Source: Craspedostauros australis
Taxonomy: Eukaryota
Direction: 5' to 3'
Assembly: GCA_030167865.1 (NCBI GenBank)
Contig: JALAGF010003431.1
Location: 1-51,752, forward strand
Length of the DNA: 51,752 nt
Part shown: positions 1-9,432 of the stretch, piece after piece
How the letters are laid out: every line of letters begins with the position of its first letter
Position numbering within the stretch: the stretch's first letter is position 1
The notes under the pieces: generated by a model
What the model saw: only the letters and a program-made list of their open reading frames with translations
Databases searched by the model: none
What the model was told of the DNA's origin: nothing
Translations under genes and position numbers: made by a program

Positions 1-963
1 GTCACCGTACAGATTGCCGATGCTGCTGATGCCGGTCTGGCTGACGTCAATTTCGACGCCCAAGACCTTTGCGGCCTTGTTGATCTGGCTGATGGCCCGC
101 GTGACGTGGGTGGGGACGCGGACGACGTCATCGCGTTCGGCGATGCATTGCAAGACGGCGGCCCTCACCCAGTACATAGCGTAGGTGGAGAACTTACCCC
201 CGATCTCTGGATTCCACCTATCAATGGCACGTGCCAGACCTATGGCACCTTCCTGGACCAGATCATCTCGCGAAAGCGAGTTGAGCTTGCCGACGCTACC
301 GCCGTAGCTATTGCCGGTGTTGCGTTTGCCAGGTTGCGACTGCGATTGGAACGATTGCTTTCCGGCGATCTGGTTGACGACGTAGTGCACTAGCCCCATG
401 TTTCTGGTGACCAAGGTGTCACGCGCGCACTGTCCATCGATCATGGCATCCTCGTACAGGTCAAGTTCATCGCCGTACCCGGATGCCTTGGCGCGGACCG
501 AAAGGAGCGGCATGGACTTTGATGGTGACTTGGATGCCAGGTCAGTCTCAATATTCTTGAGGCGTCTCATCTCAACCGCCTGTCGCAGGAGCTCCGATTC
601 CTCTTCGGCAGTCAGACGGGGCATCCTGGAGGGAGGAGAAGGCGCTGTTGCTGTCCTCCTGCCTCTGCGCGATTCCGTTCGAGTCAGAGTGGTAGCCGCA
701 GTCATTGCAAGTGCCGATGTTGGCCTTGGAAGTGCCTCATGCAAGGGGCGGCTGGTGAAGGCGTTTGCTGGTGCCATCGTAGATGCTGGCGTGAAGGCCG
801 ATGCCGATGTTGAGGCAGGTTGGGCCATTGAGAAGGCCTCGCATGGGGAGGTGGTCGTGCAGAGTGTGGTGCACATCATCGCCATTGCGACCCATGTCCT
901 CCTTCTGTGGCGTCCTGCCTGTTGCCGTCGTTGTTGCTGCTGTTGCTGCTGTTGCTGCTTCAT
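1..963 (-). CDS. Nucleus-encoded, plastid-targeted RNA polymerase sigma-70 family factor (3' part runs off the window edge)
   Basis: Absent from the ORF track because there is no stop in the window. Manual translation from ATG 963 gives MKQQQQ..RRRTWVAMAMMCTTLCTTTSPCEAF (signal peptide with +1 Phe), region 1.2 'MPRLTAEEESELLRQA', region 2.1 'ARDTLVTRNMGLVHYVV' and regions 2.2-2.4 'DLVQEGAIGLARAIDRWNPEIGGKFSTYAMYWVRAAV..DDVVRVP'. The frame stays open to position 1. Confidence 0.93.
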   Translation of the reverse strand, partial: MKQQQQQQQQQRRQQAGRHRRRTWVAMAMMCTTLCTTTSPCEAFSMAQPASTSASAFTPASTMAPANAFTSRPLHEALPRPTSALAMTAATTLTRTESRRGRRTATAPSPPSRMPRLTAEEESELLRQAVEMRRLKNIETDLASKSPSKSMPLLSVRAKASGYGDELDLYEDAMIDGQCARDTLVTRNMGLVHYVVNQIAGKQSFQSQSQPGKRNTGNSYGGSVGKLNSLSRDDLVQEGAIGLARAIDRWNPEIGGKFSTYAMYWVRAAVLQCIAERDDVVRVPTHVTRAISQINKAAKVLGVEIDVSQTGISSIGNLYGD

Positions 964-1585
964 CGTGTCGTTGGACTCTGTCGTTGGGTGCTGTTTGTTG
1001 AGCGGTGAGTTTGTGAATTGTTCGGCAGGTTGTTGGAATGCAGATGTGCGATTTTATGAAACCGTCCAGGTGGAGGATGATGCGAACCGGCAAACAAGAA
1101 GGATCGAAGCGACCTCGGTTGTTGGGGTGATGTATCTGGTCTTTGTGACCTGATTGAGGAGAGCAAGTGCGAGTGATGTGTCAGCACTGACTCCTTGTTG
1201 TGCTGATCTCTTTCCTTTTCGCACAAGAGGTGGCCAACCGTAACCGAGAGAGTTGAGTTGGTGTTGGGTTGGGCTGAGTTGTAATACGGAGTTGGTCTGT
1301 GTCAGATCGTATGGTGTGATGCGAAGATACAAGTGGCGACAAGAGTGGAATGGTCAAACAACACAGTCACCAGCATCACCAGCACCAACAACATCAACAA
1401 CATCGTCATCGCGTGCGTGATGTTCGTCTGCGTTGTCCCTGTTTGTTGTTCGGGTGCCATCAGCGAGGTTGTGACTCTTCTGACGTCACAAAACTTCGTT
1501 TTTTGGAGCCGTTTCTGAGTCATTCTGATCGAGATGGCAGTCTATCCAGAAGAATATAGGCCAGGAAGTGAAAGAAGACAGAGAT

Positions 1586-1747
1586 GTGATGAATGTGTGG
1601 ACATCATCAACCAAGACCGACCCACGGTAGTCAAACCATCCCAAACCAAACAATGAGGATTATGGACATCATCAATCAAGAGCCATACAAAAGTGGCCAC
1701 GGCATCGAAGGCGAAGCAATGAGGAGTCTGGACAGCATCAATCAAGA
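1586..1747. repeat. Three degenerate ~31-nt direct repeats (core TGGACAKCATCAAYCAAGA) separated by unique 34-35 nt spacers
   Basis: Copies at 1586-1616 (gtgatgaatgtgtggacatcatcaaccaaga), 1651-1681 (caatgaggattatggacatcatcaatcaaga) and 1717-1747 (caatgaggagtctggacagcatcaatcaaga); period 65-66 nt. Confidence 0.8.
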
Positions 1748-2260
1748 CTGTTGATCTTGGGAGATTAGTGCGGAATTCGATTTGCATGAGGCTGTGGTCG
1801 TCACAACAGCATCCAATTTAGTGCGTCCCTTTATTCTGTGAACACTAGTTACATTTGAAACGTTGAACAATTAATACCAAAATAACAATTACAACTTACC
1901 TTACGAATACGGACATAGACGGACAACCAAATATGGTACAAAATTGACATCATATACAATTACCCCGCGACTCTTGTTTCAATTATATTAAATATTGCGT
2001 ATTTACCGCATGTATCAAAACCAACAGAATCCAATCCATGATGGCAAACACAACTCCACTTCCTCCGCGTTGCCAACCAACCATCACCCTGGTGCTGTCT
2101 GTTCACCAAGGATGTATCATAATACGTACCATACTTGCATCGCAATCATAACCACCACCATTGACGTCAGCACTCAACTTACTAAATATTGCGGCCTCCC
2201 CGAAACAAGGTTCAGCCGTACTCGCAGCCATCGAGCCAACACAAGACAAGGACGAGGACC

Positions 2261-4735
2261 ATGTTGCACACAAGCACGAGTATGAAAGCTGAGGTGGAGG
2301 CAGCTACGAACGGTCATGGTGGCGAGAGTGGTGTGGAGGAAGCACCATGCGTGAGATCGCTGATCGAAGGAAGATGGACGCCGCGGCCTTGTCATGAACA
2401 GACCCCGCAGCGGTTGGCAACGTGCATCTCCAAGATGTCGATGTCACCGCCATCGCCGTCATCATCGGTACCGTCAACATCATCGCCCACGATGCGGGAT
2501 GGCACGCAGGGATTCTTCGAACCGACGGTACCGCACGCTGCCACGTGCTCTTCAACGAGCTGCTCTCCCATCATCATCCAGGAGAGGTACATTCTGTCGG
2601 TCGTCACGGTGAGCGGGTCTGCAGGTGATTCCATTGCAGCTGCTGCCAACACCGGCAATGGGAACAGTGCCAACGCGGAGACGCGGAAGGTCTGCTTCCT
2701 TCTCCACGAGCTGTCGATCCCGAGAGATCCGACGAGTCGGACGAAGACGGAGCCGATCCATCGCCTCGTCGTAGATTACGATGTCTCCATCATCCAGTGC
2801 TTCTGCCACACGCTTCCCAGCCACTCGCAGGACTCTGATGAGACGCTCATGATTGCTGCGCTGTCGACGGAGGGATACGTCTTTTTGCTGGTGCTGCGTG
2901 ACAGTGCCAGCGTCAGCAGCCCAACTAACAGAAACAGCAGCAGCAACTACAACTACAACAACAGTATCGGCAGTACCGACCACCAAAGCACCCATGAGAG
3001 CGCGTCGGTGCCGAAGCTCGAGCTCAATTACGTTTGGCACACAGACCGAGTTGGGGCCAGCAACTTCGCCGTCCGATTGAACCTGCCAACATCCGAGAGA
3101 GATCACCCTTCCATCTCGATCCACATCGGTTATCAATCCAACCACATCGAGTGCTGGCTCATCGTTGCGAGAGAGGACGCGCTGGAGTCGCCTTACGTCA
3201 GGACGAGGAGACCGCTGAAGAAAGGGAGCATGGCAAAGACTAATCCGCCCACGACCAGAGACACGTTCCTCTTTGACAGACCCGATGTGGTTCAGATATG
3301 GAGCGGGTTGCTCGATGGGCCAATTCGTGCACTGTACTCCTTCACGTTCGGGCAGGATGCGACCAGCGCCAGCATCCGGACTAAGACGGGCAAAGCGGAT
3401 AGTTTCCACCCTCCTGCAAACAGCGCCGCCAGTACCACAGCCCAAGCCTATCCACGGTCCCTACGCTTCCCCCAATTCATCAATCGCAATGGATCCGCAC
3501 AACATGGGCACGGTCACGGTCGTGGAAATGGGCACCCGGGTCAAGGCCAAGGTCAAGGCAACGTTATCATCCACGCGGACATGGAGAAAGATGATGCAGC
3601 GTACCTAATCGTCATCATCCAATCAACGCAGAACGAGAATAGTGCACAAAAATCGGCAGCAGCAAGACGGGGATCTACGCCCGCTAAAGAGGAACCCATC
3701 TGCCGCGTTGAGATGATCAACCTCGAGAGTGTCCTATCGGCTTGGAATCAGCTCCAGAAAGAGATGAACGGGCCTCAGCATGTCACGTTGATGGATCATG
3801 CTGTCCCGCAGGAAGTGAGAATCAACGCCACATCGAAGACCTCGGACTCGAACATTTCAACAGGTCACGGTGGTGGTGGAAGCACCATCAGTACGAGTAC
3901 GGATGGAAGAGCAAGGAACCAGTCATCGTCAACGCGGCTGCCTCCGCTGGTCCCATGCGTTGGAAGCGATGTCATCCGCACTGTGCACGGCGATTCGTCC
4001 AGTCATCGGTGCGGCGTGACCATGTCTGATGGAAGCGTCCTCTTCCTCACCGCTACGAAGACCAAGAACAACGGCGCTTCATGGGGGACCTTCAATGAGG
4101 TAGATTGCAACATGCTGATGTATCCATCGATCGGATGTGGCATCGCAGCAATTCGCGGCAAAACCAAGCACATGATATGCTGCACACGAAGCGGCACTGT
4201 CTTCATTATCCCCGCGCACAAGGTTCATCAACCCATCAGTGAATCCACAATCCTGACCACGAGCTACCCGGAGGATACTGACTTCGATTCACCGGTGACC
4301 TACGTCCAATCCTTCCAAGCGGGGAACCTCCTTCTGAAACACGGCAGCGAGAGGGTGAAGCTCCCTGTGCTGATCTTTGGATGGACCAATGGCATCATGG
4401 ACGTGTACGCGTGCAGTTTGCTACCATCCAGTTTGATCGAGGATTCCACAACAGTTGCAGCGACGCAGATGAAACCAACCGTTCCGGTGGAGCAGCAGGT
4501 GCTGATTGAAGACTGCTGGGAGAATGGGTCGATCGAGCTCCTGTTCCAACTCCTCGAGCATCTGCAGGACGATCCGAATAATCCGTTGCTGCGAGATCCA
4601 ATGTGGAAGGCAGCGCTCGCGGAATTCGTGGAGCTTTCGGACTATCCCGACAGCATGGTCGATGTCATGATGGAATCCGAGATGTATCCTGCTATGCGAT
4701 CGACCCTCCTTTCCTTGTCCACAGTTTCGGATTGA
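2261..4735 (+). CDS. Hypothetical protein (~825 aa); probable beta-propeller with low-complexity insertions, C-terminus weakly ITFG2-like
   Basis: Long uninterrupted ORF (track 2189..4735; first ATG 2261, start uncertain). It alternates hydrophobic beta-strand-like segments (IAALSTEGYVFLL, CGVTMSDGSVLFL, ICCTRSGTVFII, VLIFGWTNGIMDVY) with S/N/G-rich linkers. Confidence 0.75.
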   Translation: MLHTSTSMKAEVEAATNGHGGESGVEEAPCVRSLIEGRWTPRPCHEQTPQRLATCISKMSMSPPSPSSSVPSTSSPTMRDGTQGFFEPTVPHAATCSSTSCSPIIIQERYILSVVTVSGSAGDSIAAAANTGNGNSANAETRKVCFLLHELSIPRDPTSRTKTEPIHRLVVDYDVSIIQCFCHTLPSHSQDSDETLMIAALSTEGYVFLLVLRDSASVSSPTNRNSSSNYNYNNSIGSTDHQSTHESASVPKLELNYVWHTDRVGASNFAVRLNLPTSERDHPSISIHIGYQSNHIECWLIVAREDALESPYVRTRRPLKKGSMAKTNPPTTRDTFLFDRPDVVQIWSGLLDGPIRALYSFTFGQDATSASIRTKTGKADSFHPPANSAASTTAQAYPRSLRFPQFINRNGSAQHGHGHGRGNGHPGQGQGQGNVIIHADMEKDDAAYLIVIIQSTQNENSAQKSAAARRGSTPAKEEPICRVEMINLESVLSAWNQLQKEMNGPQHVTLMDHAVPQEVRINATSKTSDSNISTGHGGGGSTISTSTDGRARNQSSSTRLPPLVPCVGSDVIRTVHGDSSSHRCGVTMSDGSVLFLTATKTKNNGASWGTFNEVDCNMLMYPSIGCGIAAIRGKTKHMICCTRSGTVFIIPAHKVHQPISESTILTTSYPEDTDFDSPVTYVQSFQAGNLLLKHGSERVKLPVLIFGWTNGIMDVYACSLLPSSLIEDSTTVAATQMKPTVPVEQQVLIEDCWENGSIELLFQLLEHLQDDPNNPLLRDPMWKAALAEFVELSDYPDSMVDVMMESEMYPAMRSTLLSLSTVSD

Positions 4736-4831
4736 ATTGCAGAATCAAGGAGCACTCGTCACGTGTTGCATTATCGGGATGGCACGCATAAGTATCGCAT
4801 TACCCCCAAGATTATGAATCAGAGAATATAA

Positions 4832-4868
4832 GAGTACAGTAGAGTAGAATAGAGTAGAGTATAGTACA
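4832..4868 (+). repeat. (AGAGT)n-like pentanucleotide microsatellite downstream of the stop codon
   Basis: agagtacagtagagtagaatagagtagagtatagtacag. Confidence 0.7.
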
Positions 4869-5204
4869 GTAACACGCTCGCGCCCTGTGCGAAGTTGCAA
4901 GGATGACGGTGGAAGCGAGCTGAGGTGGTGGTGGTGTGGGTAGTTGCAGACAGTGGCAGGTATTGTCTTGGTTCGATGGCCTTCCCTCTTGTCTCGTGTT
5001 GTAGCGTGCTCAACAACAACAGATCTGAACAACAAAGCAACACAAAAATACCACCAACACAAACGCACAAAAGGGAAGACGAACAGAGATAGCCACAGAA
5101 AGCAACTGAAGATCTGCAACAAGCACCAACACAAAGACAGAGTCAGAGTCAGAGGGACGCCGAAGCCACAATAGTATTATATACTAAAGGGGACGTTCGG
5201 AAAG

Positions 5205-5971
5205 ATGATGGACCCAATGGCAAACCTGGACGCCGGGGCAGCAGCACCCAGCGCCGACGACGATGAGAAGGACGTGATTGATTTCTCCACGCTGCGGCTG
5301 AATGTGCAACGGATTGACAAGACGAAGTCAGTGATGGGCATCGCATCGGGCTGCGTTGCTGGAATCCTGGGATTGACAGGATGGGAGGGACTGGGTACGT
5401 CGGACTAGTGGCATGGCGTTGTGCCAGTATTCTGCAGCGCAGTGTGCTGTGCTGTGCCGTGATGGTATGGCATGATTTGGCGTGACATGTCGGCTTCGCG
5501 AGGTTATTATTATTCTGCTGCTGCTGCGGTTGTTACAACTGCTGCGATCTTCTTGGAGATGGATCAGGATTGGCCTTGTGCTGCTTCACCATCCAACTTA
5601 TGATACGAGTGTGGCAATACGATGTGGTCAACTCACTCTTCGCATATCCTTCGGAACTGCTTGTCTTGCATACCCACGCTGGGCCGATCTCTCTCTCTCC
5701 CTTTCCGTGTTGACGATGCGCACACGAATACAACCACAACCTCAACTACCACTGCCACTACAAATATTTCCACGAACGGACGCACACAGTGTGTTTTGCC
5801 ATCCTGCAGTCCATCGTGCTGCTCAGCCTTTGGGCCTTCAAGATGAACTTCCGACTATACGCTTGCACAAGACAGTCATGGTTCTCGTACATCTCGGCCA
5901 ACCTGCAACAAAATGCGCTGTCATTCACGTTGTTTTGGACGTTGTTCTATGGACTGGTGTATCTGTATTGA
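5205..5971 (+). CDS. EMC6: ER membrane protein complex subunit 6 (Rab5ip/EMC6 family); 2 exons 5205-5394 and 5790-5971
   Basis: Exon 1 encodes 'NVQRIDKTKSVMGIASGCVAGILGLTGWEGL' and exon 2 'CFAILQ..SFTLFWTLFYGLVYLY*', both EMC6 signatures. The intron GTACGT(5395)...ACACAG(5789), 395 nt, joins in phase (G+TG = Val). Confidence 0.93.
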
Positions 5972-6106
5972 GAGCATGCGTTCCCATTCCCATCCCACGG
6001 GCGGCAAACAACATGTAACAAATGAAATCTCTGGAGAGAGCGAGCTCTTTCACAAACGTAAAGTTATACTTGTACGTCATGGGTCCCCTGTCTCAAACTC
6101 AGCATT

Positions 6107-7552
6107 CTACGTCAGCGTTTCCCTTTGTGCTTCCTTCTCCATCTTGACGGCCGTTCGCAGATGCTGAAGGAATTCGAAGGTCGATGATGATGCCCCAGAA
6201 GAGATATCGCACATGTGGAGTGCGTGGGTCTGCAACGGAAGGCGTCGTAGACTTCTCCCGCTCAAGGATTCTGCGTCTGTTGCGCATGCCAACAGCCTTT
6301 GCGTGATGTCACTTCCATGAACATCGTTCGTCTCTCGCTTGATCGCGTTTGCAAAACTGTCAAGGTGTGCGGTTGCACTGGTGCTGCCGTTGCTACCATT
6401 GCCACCATTGCCATTCCCATTGTTGCTATCCATCAGAATCCCAGTCCGTTTCAGCTCGTGAATACAAGAGTGCAGGATGTTGTACCGTGCCTCCAAGTTC
6501 GGCATGCCGATGCGCAATTTCAGGTCCACTCGATCGATGAAAGCAGCATCCACAGTCTTTGTGAGGTTAGTCGTCGCAAGCACAATGACGTTGGGGAATG
6601 ATTTCAAACGATCGAGTGACGTGAGCAACGAATTGACAGCGCGCATGGCATCGGAAGGATCGCCGCCGGAAGCATTGCCTCTGGATGCCGCGAGGCTTTC
6701 CACCTCATCGATCAGCACGCAAATCAGGGTGGTTGGGTCATCTTCCACCATATCGCGCACCAATTGGAACAGACTGCTCACGAGCTTGCCGCTGGTGGAG
6801 AACCACTTGGAGAACAGAGAGTGTGATCGTATGTCGAGCAGCACCGCCCCTCCTCTGAAATGATGACGGAGCCGGATGACCAGCTTTTGCGCCAGCGCGC
6901 GACAGAGACTCGTCTTGCCCGTCCCCGGTGGGCCATACAAGAGGAGGATTCTGTTCCAGCTGATGATGTTCGATGAAACTCCCTTTTGCGAGAACATCAG
7001 CGTGGAGATTGCGTACTGCAGCAGGCTGCGTTTGATGGATGGCTCAAAGACGAGGTTCTGCCACATCCCATCAAGGCTGTTGTGTGGCAGTGGCATGCTA
7101 TCACATCCTGCTGTCCACTCGTCGTCGCCGCCACCACCGCCATCAGCTGGATCCAGTTCTTCCGTGCTGATTTCCTCTCGGCTGAGTTGATACACGTGCA
7201 CGTTTGAAGGATTGAGAACGAGCAAGTGCTTGCTGCTGTTGATCACGTCGTCCTCTACCGATGTGATGCCATTCGTGTCCTCGATGGTAATTCGCTGGAA
7301 GTGGCTGGATAGAAACGAATCGGCTGACGGCGTCACTTCTGATGTCAGCGATGATGATACACCGCGTTCTCGTACGTATCCATCTCGGATGTGCCAGGTA
7401 TCTTGGTGCTCTGAAAGATGTGACATGAGCTGCTCTTGCAATCTTGACATCGGCACCATGAGATGATCGTGGGCAACAGCTTCCATGTGAAGTTGGTTCA
7501 TCATGTTCGCAAGGATGGTCGTCTTCGTTTCGCACTTTTCATTCGGCGACAT
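6107..7552 (-). CDS. PCH2: Pachytene checkpoint 2 / TRIP13 AAA+ ATPase
   Basis: 'IISWNRILLLYGPPGTGKTSLCRALAQKL' (Walker A), 'SHSLFSKWFSTSGKLV', Walker B 'VLIDEVESL', 'DPSDAMRAVNSLLTSLDRLK', 'DAAFIDRVD' and 'LSGRSLRRLP' are TRIP13/Pch2 hallmarks. Confidence 0.95.
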   Translation of the reverse strand: MSPNEKCETKTTILANMMNQLHMEAVAHDHLMVPMSRLQEQLMSHLSEHQDTWHIRDGYVRERGVSSSLTSEVTPSADSFLSSHFQRITIEDTNGITSVEDDVINSSKHLLVLNPSNVHVYQLSREEISTEELDPADGGGGGDDEWTAGCDSMPLPHNSLDGMWQNLVFEPSIKRSLLQYAISTLMFSQKGVSSNIISWNRILLLYGPPGTGKTSLCRALAQKLVIRLRHHFRGGAVLLDIRSHSLFSKWFSTSGKLVSSLFQLVRDMVEDDPTTLICVLIDEVESLAASRGNASGGDPSDAMRAVNSLLTSLDRLKSFPNVIVLATTNLTKTVDAAFIDRVDLKLRIGMPNLEARYNILHSCIHELKRTGILMDSNNGNGNGGNGSNGSTSATAHLDSFANAIKRETNDVHGSDITQRLLACATDAESLSGRSLRRLPLQTHALHMCDISSGASSSTFEFLQHLRTAVKMEKEAQRETLT

Positions 7553-7890
7553 GCTTGATTCGTTTCAATGGTGAAGCGATGGGTGGAATACAGATGAGAC
7601 CTTCGAGCCAGCGGGAGTCAACGAGACGATGATGGATGGGCAACTGATGCAGCCGTGCTTCGAGATGACCCCAATCTACTTGTGCTTGGCGAAGCGAGAA
7701 CTCGGGGTGTTTGTGCAGCGGCGTCAATATAGTCGAAGTGTATCATACAATACGTTGCAGTATGTGCTTGCAATTGTACGAACTACTCGTAGGTGTGGTC
7801 CTCCCTCCCATGGTGTGTGTCCATGCCACAAAGGCATCGCGCGGTGTTGCTGTGAGTGGAAGCGTGTGGGCAGATTTTGTTCTTCGCTCG

Positions 7891-7915
7891 TTTTGAAATT
7901 TGAATTTTGGCGCCA
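7891..7915. promoter_or_regulatory. E2F-like site (TTTTGGCGCC) next to two CHR-like TTTGAA hexamers, ~350 bp upstream of PCH2
   Basis: Sequence ttttgaaatttgaattttggcgcca; function is inferred from animal and plant consensus sites. Confidence 0.45.
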
Positions 7916-7982
7916 TGTCGATCAATTCGACTGGGTTCACCAACGACGAAAGTTGATGGTCTAACCTCGATGTAGTCTACTG

Positions 7983-8052
7983 TGATGCGAAATATCAGTA
8001 TTCATGGTTCGGAGAGCACACTGATGCGCAAAATATCACCAAACATGGTTCG
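7983..8052. repeat. Imperfect tandem duplication of ~30 nt
   Basis: tgatgcgaaatatcagtattcatggttcg (7983-8011) vs tgatgcgcaaaatatcaccaaacatggttcg (8022-8052). Confidence 0.6.
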
Positions 8053-8193
8053 ATCAATTGAGCAAGCGCTGCATTCGAGGAAAAGTATAGTAGTCTGACA
8101 AGACAACGAACCAGGAATCACGCTAAAGTAGACGCAATCGAGCTGTTCATGTGAAAACGGAGATGTCGGGAGACCCCGGAGGAAATCTGCTTG

Positions 8194-9432
8194 TCATACT
8201 TTCGCGTTACTTCGTTTGGGCGGCGCAAATCCAGCAAGATCGGAGCTGTTCCTCTTTTTCTGTCGTTTTATTTCCGTGCCATTCGAGCTTGGGATGGCGA
8301 TGGTCCTGTATTGTATCCCCTCCGCTGTCATAATTGAAACCCGAACAAAACCACCGGAACTACCGTCCCTCGCGACCGCCAGCATGACCAAATTCGCCAC
8401 AAGACCGACCGCCTCATGTTTATCGTACTGCGTGAAGGGTCGGTTGCTTGCCAACTCATCGATGTGTCCCATCAGAAACGTCGATCCTGACCCGCTCACG
8501 CTGTATGACCCTTCGTCGAGCAACGTACCCCCCGGAAGTATGGAATAGATGAACGACTCCTTCTCCACCTTGTCGTACCCGGCGCAGATCAAGCTTGCCA
8601 TGAGTTCATGTGATGCGTTCGTAACCACATGGCGCAAGTAATGCGCCATTTCGGAGAGGGTGGGATCGACGCCGTACTTCCACCGGCGACTTTGAAACTT
8701 GGCACGTGCTTTCCTTGCCAGCCACTGCGTATCTGCCGCGCTGCCAGATCGACACACTACACATGATGTCACCTCATCGCTGCGCCCGGGGCCAGTTGGA
8801 TCAAGGTCTTCTTCGACGAAGAGTCTCACGGCATCTCCATCTCTTCCGCACTCGTGGTCTCTATCGTCATGTACGTCGCCTTGAACATGGGGAAGGTCGG
8901 AGTCGTCCGCATCTTCTTCATCATCATCATTCTCAAAAGAGCTGGTGTCGTGTTCGGGAGGCTTCTGCTTGTGGTCCTCACTGGTGCTGCCTTCATCGGC
9001 TGTTCTCGTAGTCATGCCATCATCAATATCTTGACTTTCAGTGTCATCGTCGTCAACCACATGGAGATCTGGGGCATCAAGCTGTCCATCCCATAACGTG
9101 GTGATCTTGTGCGCGAGCCGATTGCTCACGTAACCAGAAACAGATGTCCGCGTATCAGCTCCCACGATGACGCCATCTCGAAACTTGATCGCGACCAAAG
9201 TGGTTCCCATGTCCACTTCGCCAGATCTGGATGTTTGCATTGATCCTGGAAGGAAGGCTGGGGAAAGAGCATCATCCTGATCGTTGCTGTGACCACCTCT
9301 CGTTGCCGCAAATCCAAATGATTGTGGTGACGACTGTGGTGATGGCGGTGAACGAGAGGCACCGACCCACACGTGGCCTCCGAAGGCCAGCAGCGATACA
9401 AAGTAGACCACTATCGTTTCAAACGATTTCAT
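8194..9432 (-). CDS. 20S proteasome beta1-type subunit (PSMB6/Pre3 family) with an N-terminal signal peptide and a large acidic insertion; likely periplastid-targeted copy
   Basis: First ATG 9432 gives MKSFETIVVYFVSLLAFGGHVWVGA (signal-like). Then 'GEVDMG|TTLVAIKFRDGVIVGADTRTS..YVSNRLAHKIT', 'CRSGSAADTQ', 'ASLICAGYD', 'SGSGS' and 'ARDGSSGG' are beta1 motifs, with the catalytic Thr1, Asp17 and Lys33 equivalents present. Confidence 0.9.
   Translation of the reverse strand: MKSFETIVVYFVSLLAFGGHVWVGASRSPPSPQSSPQSFGFAATRGGHSNDQDDALSPAFLPGSMQTSRSGEVDMGTTLVAIKFRDGVIVGADTRTSVSGYVSNRLAHKITTLWDGQLDAPDLHVVDDDDTESQDIDDGMTTRTADEGSTSEDHKQKPPEHDTSSFENDDDEEDADDSDLPHVQGDVHDDRDHECGRDGDAVRLFVEEDLDPTGPGRSDEVTSCVVCRSGSAADTQWLARKARAKFQSRRWKYGVDPTLSEMAHYLRHVVTNASHELMASLICAGYDKVEKESFIYSILPGGTLLDEGSYSVSGSGSTFLMGHIDELASNRPFTQYDKHEAVGLVANLVMLAVARDGSSGGFVRVSIMTAEGIQYRTIAIPSSNGTEIKRQKKRNSSDLAGFAPPKRSNAKV

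Noticed and set aside
398-1153. 251-aa + strand ORF with a poly-Cys tract
   Set aside because: Antisense shadow of the sigma-factor gene; the poly-Cys is the reverse complement of its poly-Gln.
1586-1747. Calling the repeat-spacer triplet a CRISPR array
   Set aside because: Only three degenerate copies, a eukaryotic context, and no cas genes or leader in the window; kept as an unexplained repeat.
5482-6018. 178-aa ORF inside EMC6
   Set aside because: Mostly intronic and out of frame with the conserved EMC6 exon 2.
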